This document shows, piece by piece, positions 8,760 to 18,587 of a stretch of 18,587 nt of DNA. The notes beneath the pieces were generated by a model. That model saw only the letters and a list, made by a program, of their open reading frames with translations, had not been told where the DNA came from and ran no database searches. The stretch is from Azolla caroliniana. Its lineage: Eukaryota; Plantae; Polypodiophyta. Made by a program: the position numbers and the translations under genes. The stretch covers positions 1 through 18,587 of the forward strand of contig JBHGNT010000640.1 in NCBI GenBank assembly GCA_043228905.1. The letters run 5' to 3'. Each line of letters opens with the position of its first letter. Within the stretch, counting starts at the first letter, position 1.

Positions 8760-9545
8760 ATGGCAAAGCTTACTTCCGTATTCCTCATGGCCGTGATCAT
8801 GCTCGCCGCGTGTACCGCGGCCAATGCTAGGTCTGTAGGGCGGGACCGTGAAGAGGAGCGACGCGATCGACGTCGTGAGGGAGACATTGACGAGGAGAGG
8901 CGCGATCGACGCCGAGAGGGGGAGTGCGATGACGAGAGGCGCGAGCGACGTCGTGAGGGGTTCCTTGAGGAGGGGCGCCGCTACAGAGACAACAAGAGAG
9001 ACTCCGAAGAGGAAAGGGAACGTCGTAGCCGTGGTCGCGATGAGCCACGTGACGAGGAACTGAGGCGAGAGTGCGGTGATTTCATCGACAAGCAGATCCG
9101 AGAGCTACAAGAGCGCTCCGAAAGAGAGGAAGGTGAACAAGGACGTCGCTCCCCATGGATCGAAAACACTCGATACTCAAGACCCTCGGAACGGTGCTGC
9201 AGGAACGTCGAACGAATCCCCGCCGAAGATCGATGCGATCGCCTACGTGATGCCTTGTATGCTGACGAGGAGGAACGACGCAATGATGAAGGCCGACGCC
9301 ATGGCCAACAATCAAGGGAACACCGTAGCTGGGAGGAAGAGGACGAGGAGCGCGAGAGAGATAGCAGCCGTGAGCGACGAGAGGGTGACGAACGCCGCCA
9401 CCGCATGTCTCGACGACAAGAGGACGAACGTCAACAACGTCGCCAATTCAAGGCCGATGACGAGGAAAGAGCTCTAGGCGTCGCCGCCTCCCGCCTACTC
9501 CAACAGTGCGATCTTCGCCCTCGTGCTTGTATTCGTCGCTTCTAA
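8760..9545 (+). CDS. 2S-albumin-like storage protein precursor, copy 6
   Basis: Translation identical to copy 2. Confidence 0.82.
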   Translation: MAKLTSVFLMAVIMLAACTAANARSVGRDREEERRDRRREGDIDEERRDRRREGECDDERRERRREGFLEEGRRYRDNKRDSEEERERRSRGRDEPRDEELRRECGDFIDKQIRELQERSEREEGEQGRRSPWIENTRYSRPSERCCRNVERIPAEDRCDRLRDALYADEEERRNDEGRRHGQQSREHRSWEEEDEERERDSSRERREGDERRHRMSRRQEDERQQRRQFKADDEERALGVAASRLLQQCDLRPRACIRRF

Positions 9546-10389
9546 ATAGTACATAAACCTTGTTCAAATTATTCTCGTGGTCTCTCTCTAATTTCTCGTA
9601 AGTGTTTACGAACAAGTGCGTCTCCCCAATCGCGCATTACACCCACACGAACGTAAACACGAGCACCAACGTCCCTCCAACACGAACGTAAACACGAGCA
9701 CCAACGCATAGAATTTGCCTATAGGGACCGCAAACCACCCAAACGGAAAAGAAAACATCAAAGCAGGACACCCATACCGCACACGCCACGGCAACGGCTA
9801 AGGCTAAGGTCAACTTGTACACGCGGCGAATGTGAACTTGCTTCCACACTTGCCCGATAGGACACTCCTAGTGTGGTAGTCCGGTTAGCTTTCCTTGTCG
9901 TCGTCGTTACCAACCCCTCGTCCGTCCGAACGAGCGAGTACGGACACCGGTCTATCTACGTTCATCGATGTAGCACACTCGGGAGCCACCACTCGTCCCG
10001 CAGTAGCCTCCGCGTGCTTAGTGTCTCGGCACTAGCGCGTACACCCCTACGCGCACGCGCGAGTGCGCACATTTACCTATGTATGTATAAATGTTATGTT
10101 GCTCGACAAGCTCTCGCGCGAGGAGGAGGAGTACCCGCTACAGGTTGCGCCCAGATTGTCTGGTGACAATACGACACCTAGGACTAGCCTAGACGTGTGG
10201 GAGGGTGGACTAGTTGGTATGGGTCTTGGGCAAGAGTTGCACGCAGGACACACACGTTATGGTAATGGGAGTGGTGAGTGACATGCATGTGCTCTGATTG
10301 CATGGCCATGTGTATATATTAAAGGTGGAGGGAGCAATGTCAATACAATCCATTAGGAGACAAGCACCGGGATCATAAGGACAATTGCA

Positions 10390-11175
10390 ATGGCAAAGCT
10401 TACTTCCGTATTCCTCATGGCCGTGATCATGCTCGCCGCGTGTACCGCGGCCAATGCTAGGTCTGTAGGGCGGGACCGTGAAGAGGAGCGACGCGATCGA
10501 CGTCGTGAGGGAGACATTGACGAGGAGAGGCGCGATCGACGCCGAGAGGGGGAGTGCGATGACGAGAGGCGCGAGCGACGTCGTGAGGGGTTCCTTGAGG
10601 AGGGGCGCCGCTACAGAGACAACAAGAGAGACTCCGAAGAGGAAAGGGAACGTCGTAGCCGTGGTCGCGATGAGCCACGTGACGAGGAACTGAGGCGAGA
10701 GTGCGGTGATTTCATCGACAAGCAGATCCGAGAGCTACAAGAGCGCTCCGAAAGAGAGGAAGGTGAACAAGGACGTCGCTCCCCATGGATCGAAAACACT
10801 CGATACTCAAGACCCTCGGAACGGTGCTGCAGGAACGTCGAACGAATCCCCGCCGAAGATCGATGCGATCGCCTACGTGATGCCTTGTATGCTGACGAGG
10901 AGGAACGACGCAATGATGAAGGCCGACGCCATGGCCAACAATCAAGGGAACACCGTAGCTGGGAGGAAGAGGACGAGGAGCGCGAGAGAGATAGCAGCCG
11001 TGAGCGACGAGAGGGTGACGAACGCCGCCACCGCATGTCTCGACGACAAGAGGACGAACGTCAACAACGTCGCCAATTCAAGGCCGATGACGAGGAAAGA
11101 GCTCTAGGCGTCGCCGCCTCCCGCCTACTCCAACAGTGCGATCTTCGCCCTCGTGCTTGTATTCGTCGCTTCTAA
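10390..11175 (+). CDS. 2S-albumin-like storage protein precursor, copy 7 (promoter carries a 25-bp deletion)
   Basis: Translation identical to copy 2; the upstream region differs. Confidence 0.82.
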   Translation: MAKLTSVFLMAVIMLAACTAANARSVGRDREEERRDRRREGDIDEERRDRRREGECDDERRERRREGFLEEGRRYRDNKRDSEEERERRSRGRDEPRDEELRRECGDFIDKQIRELQERSEREEGEQGRRSPWIENTRYSRPSERCCRNVERIPAEDRCDRLRDALYADEEERRNDEGRRHGQQSREHRSWEEEDEERERDSSRERREGDERRHRMSRRQEDERQQRRQFKADDEERALGVAASRLLQQCDLRPRACIRRF

Positions 11176-12044
11176 ATAGTACATAAACCTTGTTCAAATT
11201 ATTCTCGTGGTCTCTCTCTAATTTCTCGTAAGTGTTTACGAACAAGTGCGTCTCCCCAATCGCGCATTACACCCACACGAACGTAAACACGAGCACCAAC
11301 GTCCCTCCAACACGAACGTAAACACGAGCACCAACGCATAGAATTTGCCTATAGGGACCGCAAACCACCCAAACGGAAAAGAAAACATCAAAGCAGGACA
11401 CCCATACCGCACACGCCACGGCAACGGCTAAGGCTAAGGTCAACTTGTACACGCGGCGAATGTGAACTTGCTTCCACACTTGCCCGATAGGACACTCCTA
11501 GTGTGGTAGTCCGGTTAGCTTTCCTTGTCGTCGTCGTTACCAACCCCTCGTCCGTCCGAACGAGCGAGTACGGACACCGGTCTATCTACGTTCATCGATG
11601 TAGCACACTCGGGAGCCACCACTCGTCCCGCAGTAGCCTCCGCGTGCTTAGTGTCTCGGCACTAGCGCGTTCTAGTTTAATGTGCACGTGCCCGCACACC
11701 CCTACGCGCACGCGCGAGTGCGCACATTTACCTATGTATGTATAAATGTTATGTTGCTCGACAAGCTCTCGCGCGAGGAGGAGGAGTACCCGCTACAGGT
11801 TGCGCCCAGATTGTCTGGTGACAATACGACACCTAGGACTAGCCTAGACGTGTGGGAGGGTGGACTAGTTGGTATGGGTCTTGGGCAAGAGTTGCACGCA
11901 GGACACACACGTTATGGTAATGGGAGTGGTGAGTGACATGCATGTGCTCTGATTGCATGGCCATGTGTATATATTAAAGGTGGAGGGAGCAATGTCAATA
12001 CAATCCATTAGGAGACAAGCACCGGGATCATAAGGACAATCGCA

Positions 12045-12830
12045 ATGGCAAAGCTTACTTCCGTATTCCTCATGGCCGTGATCATGCTCGCCGCGTGTAC
12101 CGCGGCCAATGCTAGGTCTGTAGGGCGGGACCGTGAAGAGGAGCGACGCGATCGACGTCGTGAGGGAGACATTGACGAGGAGAGGCGCGATCGACGCCGA
12201 GAGGGGGAGTGCGATGACGAGAGGCGCGAGCGACGTCGTGAGGGGTTCCTTGAGGAGGGGCGCCGCTACAGAGACAACAAGAGAGACTCCGAAGAGGAAA
12301 GGGAACGTCGTAGCCGTGGTCGCGATGAGCCACGTGACGAGGAACTGAGGCGAGAGTGCGGTGATTTCATCGACAAGCAGATCCGAGAGCTACAAGAGCG
12401 CTCCGAAAGAGAGGAAGGTGAACAAGGACGTCGCTCCCCATGGATCGAAAACACTCGATACTCAAGACCCTCGGAACGGTGCTGCAGGAACGTCGAACGA
12501 ATCCCCGCCGAAGATCGATGCGATCGCCTACGTGATGCCTTGTATGCTGACGAGGAGGAACGACGCAATGATGAAGGCCGACGCCATGGCCAACAATCAA
12601 GGGAACACCGTAGCTGGGAGGAAGAGGACGAGGAGCGCGAGAGAGATAGCAGCCGTGAGCGACGAGAGGGTGACGAACGCCGCCACCGCATGTCTCGACG
12701 ACAAGAGGACGAACGTCAACAACGTCGCCAATTCAAGGCCGATGACGAGGAAAGAGCTCTAGGCGTCGCCGCCTCCCGCCTACTCCAACAGTGCGATCTT
12801 CGCCCTCGTGCTTGTATTCGTCGCTTCTAA
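12045..12830 (+). CDS. 2S-albumin-like storage protein precursor, copy 8
   Basis: Translation identical to copy 2. Confidence 0.82.
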   Translation: MAKLTSVFLMAVIMLAACTAANARSVGRDREEERRDRRREGDIDEERRDRRREGECDDERRERRREGFLEEGRRYRDNKRDSEEERERRSRGRDEPRDEELRRECGDFIDKQIRELQERSEREEGEQGRRSPWIENTRYSRPSERCCRNVERIPAEDRCDRLRDALYADEEERRNDEGRRHGQQSREHRSWEEEDEERERDSSRERREGDERRHRMSRRQEDERQQRRQFKADDEERALGVAASRLLQQCDLRPRACIRRF

Positions 12831-13699
12831 ATAGTACATAAACCTTGTTCAAATTATTCTCGTGGTCTCTCTCTAATTTCTCGTAAGTGTTTACGAACAA
12901 GTGCGTCTCCCCAATCGCGCATTACACCCACACGAACGTAAACACGAGCACCAACGTCCCTCCAACACGAACGTAAACACGAGCACCAACGCATAGAATT
13001 TGCCTATAGGGACCGCAAACCACCCAAACGGAAAAGAAAACATCAAAGCAGGACACCCATACCGCACACGCCACGGCAACGGCTAAGGCTAAGGTCAACT
13101 TGTACACGCGGCGAATGTGAACTTGCTTCCACACTTGCCCGATAGGACACTCCTAGTGTGGTAGTCCGGTTAGCTTTCCTTGTCGTCGTCGTTACCAACC
13201 CCTCGTCCGTCCGAACGAGCGAGTACGGACACCGGTCTATCTACGTTCATCGATGTAGCACACTCGGGAGCCACCACTCGTCCCGCAGTAGCCTCCGCGT
13301 GCTTAGTGTCTCGGCACTAGCGCGTTCTAGTTTAATGTGCACGTGCCCGCACACCCCTACGCGCACGCGCCAGTGCGCACATTTACCTATGTATGTATAA
13401 ATGTTATGTTGCTCGACAAGCTCTCGCGCGAGGAGGAGGAGTACCCGCTACAGGTTGCGCCCAGATTGTCTGGTGACAATACGACACCTAGGACTAGCCT
13501 AGACGTGTGGGAGGGTGGACTAGTTGGTATGGGTCTTGGGCAAGAGTTGTACGCAGGACACACACGTTATGGTAATGGGAGTGGTGAGTGACATGCATGT
13601 GCTCTGATTGCATGGCCATGTGTATATATTAAAGGTGGAGGGAGCAATGTCAATACAATCCATTAGGAGACAAGCACCGGGATCATAAGGACAATCGCA

Positions 13700-14485
13700 A
13701 TGGCAAAGCTTACTTCCGTATTCCTCATGGCCGTGATCATGCTCGCCGCGTGTACCGCGGCCAATGCTAGGTCTGTAGGGCGGGACCGTGAAGAGGAGCG
13801 ACGCGATCGACGTCGTGAGGGAGACATTGACGAGGAGAGGCGCGATCGACGCCGAGAGGGGGAGTGCGATGACGAGAGGCGCGAGCGACGTCGTGAGGGG
13901 TTCCTTGAGGAGGGGCGCCGCTACAGAGACAACAAGAGAGACTCCGAAGAGGAAAGGGAACGTCGTAGCCGTGGTCGCGATGAGCCACGTGACGAGGAAC
14001 TGAGGCGAGAGTGCGGTGATTTCATCGACAAGCAGATCCGAGAGCTACAAGAGCGCTCCGAAAGAGAGGAAGGTGAACAAGGACGTCGCTCCCCATGGAT
14101 CGAAAACACTCGATACTCAAGACCCTCGGAACGGTGCTGCAGGAACGTCGAACGAATCCCCGCCGAAGATCGATGCGATCGCCTACGTGATGCCTTGTAT
14201 GCTGACGAGGAGGAACGACGCAATGATGAAGGCCGACGCCATGGCCAACAATCAAGGGAACACCGTAGCTGGGAGGAAGAGGACGAGGAGCGCGAGAGAG
14301 ATAGCAGCCGTGAGCGACGAGAGGGTGACGAACGCCGCCACCGCATGTCTCGACGACAAGAGGACGAACGTCAACAACGTCGCCAATTCAAGGCCGATGA
14401 CGAGGAAAGAGCTCTAGGCGTCGCCGCCTCCCGCCTACTCCAACAGTGCGATCTTCGCCCTCGTGCTTGTATTCGTCGCTTCTAA
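13700..14485 (+). CDS. 2S-albumin-like storage protein precursor, copy 9
   Basis: Translation identical to copy 2. Confidence 0.82.
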   Translation: MAKLTSVFLMAVIMLAACTAANARSVGRDREEERRDRRREGDIDEERRDRRREGECDDERRERRREGFLEEGRRYRDNKRDSEEERERRSRGRDEPRDEELRRECGDFIDKQIRELQERSEREEGEQGRRSPWIENTRYSRPSERCCRNVERIPAEDRCDRLRDALYADEEERRNDEGRRHGQQSREHRSWEEEDEERERDSSRERREGDERRHRMSRRQEDERQQRRQFKADDEERALGVAASRLLQQCDLRPRACIRRF

Positions 14486-15354
14486 ATAGTACATAAACCT
14501 TGTTCAAATTATTCTCGTGGTCTCTCTCTAATTTCTCGTAAGTGTTTACGAACAAGTGCGTCTCCCCAATCGCGCATTACACCCACACGAACGTAAACAC
14601 GAGCACCAACGTCCCTCCAACACGAACGTAAACACGAGCACCAACGCATAGAATTTGCCTATAGGGACCGCAAACCACCCAAACGGAAAAGAAAACATCA
14701 AAGCAGGACACCCATACCGCACACGCCACGGCAACGGCTAAGGCTAAGGTCAACTTGTACACGCGGCGAATGTGAACTTGCTTCCACACTTGCCCGATAG
14801 GACACTCCTAGTGTGGTAGTCCGGTTAGCTTTCCTTGTCGTCGTCGTTACCAACCCCTCGTCCGTCCGAACGAGCGAGTACGGACACCGGTCTATCTACG
14901 TTCATCGATGTAGCACACTCGGGAGCCACCACTCGTCCCGCAGTAGCCTCCGCGTGCTTAGTGTCTCGGCACTAGCGCGTTCTAGTTTAATGTGCACGTG
15001 CCCGCACACCCCTACGCGCACGCGCGAGTGCGCACATTTACCTATGTATGTATAAATGTTATGTTGCTCGACAAGCTCTCGCGCGAGGAGGAGGAGTACC
15101 CGCTACAGGTTGCGCCCAGATTGTCTGGTGACAATACGACACCTAGGACTAGCCTAGACGTGTGGGAGGGTGGACTAGTTGGTATGGGTCTTGGGCAAGA
15201 GTTGCACGCAGGACACACACGTTATGGTAATGGGAGTGGTGAGTGACATGCATGTGCTCTGATTGCATGGCCATGTGTATATATTAAAGGTGGAGGGAGC
15301 AATGTCAATACAATCCATTAGGAGACAAGCACCGGGATCATAAGGACAATCGCA

Positions 15355-16140
15355 ATGGCAAAGCTTACTTCCGTATTCCTCATGGCCGTGATCATGCTCG
15401 CCGCGTGTACCGCGGCCAATGCTAGGTCTGTAGGGCGGGACCGTGAAGAGGAGCGACGCGATCGACGTCGTGAGGGAGACATTGACGAGGAGAGGCGCGA
15501 TCGACGCCGAGAGGGGGAGTGCGATGACGAGAGGCGCGAGCGACGTCGTGAGGGGTTCCTTGAGGAGGGGCGCCGCTACAGAGACAACAAGAGAGACTCC
15601 GAAGAGGAAAGGGAACGTCGTAGCCGTGGTCGCGATGAGCCACGTGACGAGGAACTGAGGCGAGAGTGCGGTGATTTCATCGACAAGCAGATCCGAGAGC
15701 TACAAGAGCGCTCCGAAAGAGAGGAAGGTGAACAAGGACGTCGCTCCCCATGGATCGAAAACACTCGATACTCAAGACCCTCGGAACGGTGCTGCAGGAA
15801 CGTCGAACGAATCCCCGCCGAAGATCGATGCGATCGCCTACGTGATGCCTTGTATGCTGACGAGGAGGAACGACGCAATGATGAAGGCCGACGCCATGGC
15901 CAACAATCAAGGGAACACCGTAGCTGGGAGGAAGAGGACGAGGAGCGCGAGAGAGATAGCAGCCGTGAGCGACGAGAGGGTGACGAACGCCGCCACCGCA
16001 TGTCTCGACGACAAGAGGACGAACGTCAACAACGTCGCCAATTCAAGGCCGATGACGAGGAAAGAGCTCTAGGCGTCGCCGCCTCCCGCCTACTCCAACA
16101 GTGCGATCTTCGCCCTCGTGCTTGTATTCGTCGCTTCTAA
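15355..16140 (+). CDS. 2S-albumin-like storage protein precursor, copy 10
   Basis: Translation identical to copy 2. Confidence 0.82.
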   Translation: MAKLTSVFLMAVIMLAACTAANARSVGRDREEERRDRRREGDIDEERRDRRREGECDDERRERRREGFLEEGRRYRDNKRDSEEERERRSRGRDEPRDEELRRECGDFIDKQIRELQERSEREEGEQGRRSPWIENTRYSRPSERCCRNVERIPAEDRCDRLRDALYADEEERRNDEGRRHGQQSREHRSWEEEDEERERDSSRERREGDERRHRMSRRQEDERQQRRQFKADDEERALGVAASRLLQQCDLRPRACIRRF

Positions 16141-17009
16141 ATAGTACATAAACCTTGTTCAAATTATTCTCGTGGTCTCTCTCTAATTTCTCGTAAGTGT
16201 TTACGAACAAGTGCGTCTCCCCAATCGCGCATTACACCCACACGAACGTAAACACGAGCACCAACGTCCCTCCAACACGAACGTAAACACGAGCACCAAC
16301 GCATAGAATTTGCCTATAGGGACCGCAAACCACCCAAACGGAAAAGAAAACATCAAAGCAGGACACCCATACCGCACACGCCACGGCAACGGCTAAGGCT
16401 AAGGTCAACTTGTACACGCGGCGAATGTGAACTTGCTTCCACACTTGCCCGATAGGACACTCCTAGTGTGGTAGTCCGGTTAGCTTTCCTTGTCGTCGTC
16501 GTTACCAACCCCTCGTCCGTCCGAACGAGCGAGTACGGACACCGGTCTATCTACGTTCATCGATGTAGCACACTCGGGAGCCACCACTCGTCCCGCAGTA
16601 GCCTCCGCGTGCTTAGTGTCTCGGCACTAGCGCGTTCTAGTTTAATGTGCACGTGCCCGCACACCCCTACGCGCACGCGCGAGTGCGCACATTTACCTAT
16701 GTATGTATAAATGTTATGTTGCTCGACAAGCTCTCGCGCGAGGAGGAGGAGTACCCGCTACAGGTTGCGCCCAGATTGTCTGGTGACAATACGACACCTA
16801 GGACTAGCCTAGACGTGTGGGAGGGTGGACTAGTTGGTATGGGTCTTGGGCAAGAGTTGCACGCAGGACACACACGTTATGGTAATGGGAGTGGTGAGTG
16901 ACATGCATGTGCTCTGATTGCATGGCCATGTGTATATATTAAAGGTGGAGGGAGCAATGTCAATACAATCCATTAGGAGACAAGCACCGGGATCATAAGG
17001 ACAATCGCA

Positions 17010-17795
17010 ATGGCAAAGCTTACTTCCGTATTCCTCATGGCCGTGATCATGCTCGCCGCGTGTACCGCGGCCAATGCTAGGTCTGTAGGGCGGGACCGTG
17101 AAGAGGAGCGACGCGATCGACGTCGTGAGGGAGACATTGACGAGGAGAGGCGCGATCGACGCCGAGAGGGGGAGTGCGATGACGAGAGGCGCGAGCGACG
17201 TCGTGAGGGGTTCCTTGAGGAGGGGCGCCGCTACAGAGACAACAAGAGAGACTCCGAAGAGGAAAGGGAACGTCGTAGCCGTGGTCGCGATGAGCCACGT
17301 GACGAGGAACTGAGGCGAGAGTGCGGTGATTTCATCGACAAGCAGATCCGAGAGCTACAAGAGCGCTCCGAAAGAGAGGAAGGTGAACAAGGACGTCGCT
17401 CCCCATGGATCGAAAACACTCGATACTCAAGACCCTCGGAACGGTGCTGCAGGAACGTCGAACGAATCCCCGCCGAAGATCGATGCGATCGCCTACGTGA
17501 TGCCTTGTATGCTGACGAGGAGGAACGACGCAATGATGAAGGCCGACGCCATGGCCAACAATCAAGGGAACACCGTAGCTGGGAGGAAGAGGACGAGGAG
17601 CGCGAGAGAGATAGCAGCCGTGAGCGACGAGAGGGTGACGAACGCCGCCACCGCATGTCTCGACGACAAGAGGACGAACGTCAACAACGTCGCCAATTCA
17701 AGGCCGATGACGAGGAAAGAGCTCTAGGCGTCGCCGCCTCCCGCCTACTCCAACAGTGCGATCTTCGCCCTCGTGCTTGTATTCGTCGCTTCTAA
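17010..17795 (+). CDS. 2S-albumin-like storage protein precursor, copy 11
   Basis: Translation identical to copy 2. Confidence 0.82.
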   Translation: MAKLTSVFLMAVIMLAACTAANARSVGRDREEERRDRRREGDIDEERRDRRREGECDDERRERRREGFLEEGRRYRDNKRDSEEERERRSRGRDEPRDEELRRECGDFIDKQIRELQERSEREEGEQGRRSPWIENTRYSRPSERCCRNVERIPAEDRCDRLRDALYADEEERRNDEGRRHGQQSREHRSWEEEDEERERDSSRERREGDERRHRMSRRQEDERQQRRQFKADDEERALGVAASRLLQQCDLRPRACIRRF

Positions 17796-18587
17796 ATAGT
17801 ACATAAACCTTGTTCAAATTATTCTCGTGGTCTCTCTCTAATTTCTCGTAAGTGTTTACGAACAAGTGCGTCTCCCCAATCGCGCATTACACCCACACGA
17901 ACGTAAACACGAGCACCAACGTCCCTCCAACACGAACGTAAACACGAGCACCAACGCATAGAATTTGCCTATAGGGACCGCAAACCACCCAAACGGAAAA
18001 GAAAACATCAAAGCAGGACACCCATACCGCACACGCCACGGCAACGGCTAAGGCTAAGGTCAACTTGTACACGCGGCGAATGTGAACTTGCTTCCACACT
18101 TGCCCGATAGGACACTCCTAGTGTGGTAGTCCGGTTAGCTTTCCTTGTCGTCGTCGTTACCAACCCCTCGTCCGTCCGAACGAGCGAGTACGGACACCGG
18201 TCTATCTACGTTCATCGATGTAGCACACTCGGGAGCCACCACTCGTCCCGCAGTAGCCTCCGCGTGCTTAGTGTCTCGGCACTAGCGCGTTCTAGTTTAA
18301 TGTGCACGTGCCCGCACACCCCTACGCGCACGCGCGAGTGCGCACATTTACCTATGTATGTATAAATGTTATGTTGCTCGACAAGCTCTCGCGCGAGGAG
18401 GAGGAGTACCCGCTACAGGTTGCGCCCAGATTGTCTGGTGACAATACGACACCTAGGACTAGCCTAGACGTGTGGGAGGGTGGACTAGTTGGTATGGGTC
18501 TTGGGCAAGAGTTGTACGCAGGACACACACGTTATGGTAATGGGAGTGGTGAGTGACATGCATGTGCTCTGATTGCATGGCCATGTG
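17796..18587 (+). other. 3' region of copy 11 and promoter of a 12th copy, cut by the window edge just before the TATA box
   Basis: The sequence ends ...acatgcatgtgctctgattgcatggccatgtg, equivalent to position 2062 of the array. Confidence 0.95.

Larger units (their letters stand above)
1..18587 (+). repeat. Head-to-tail tandem gene array, 1,655-bp unit, ~11.2 near-identical copies, truncated by both window edges
   Basis: CDS starts at 485, 2140, 3795, 5450, 7105, 8760, 10390, 12045, 13700, 15355 and 17010. Spacing is 1,655 bp except 8760->10390 (1,630, explained by a 25-bp deletion). The six-frame ORF pattern recurs in every unit. Confidence 0.99.

Noticed and set aside
1-18587. Transgene/vector concatemer, rDNA or satellite DNA
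   Set aside because: I recognise no vector, 35S/nos, marker or rRNA sequence, and each unit holds an intact gene with a native-looking promoter.

Overview
The whole window is one head-to-tail tandem array of a 1,655-bp unit, about 11.2 copies, open at both window edges. Each unit carries one intronless + strand gene (786 nt, 261 aa), and the ORF-track translation is identical in all 11 complete copies. The protein has an N-terminal signal peptide, an extremely Arg/Glu/Asp-rich body (hand count 68 R, 49 E, 25 D) and a reduced prolamin-superfamily Cys skeleton (C...CC...[D]xC...C...C). It is best read as a plant 2S-albumin-like seed/spore storage protein. Upstream of each gene is a plant maturation-type promoter (RY element CATGCATG, G-box/ABRE-like ACGT cores, TATA box), so the unit is a complete expression cassette amplified like rDNA. 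The few unit-to-unit differences I found all lie in the promoter/5' leader: a 25-bp deletion removing the G-box, a shared T/C SNP in a C,C,T,C,C,T pattern, and two private SNPs. The first ~480 bp are indel-rich and probably unpolished sequence. The other short ORFs look like shadows. No prokaryotic features, RNA genes or transposase are seen, and the source organism cannot be determined from the sequence.
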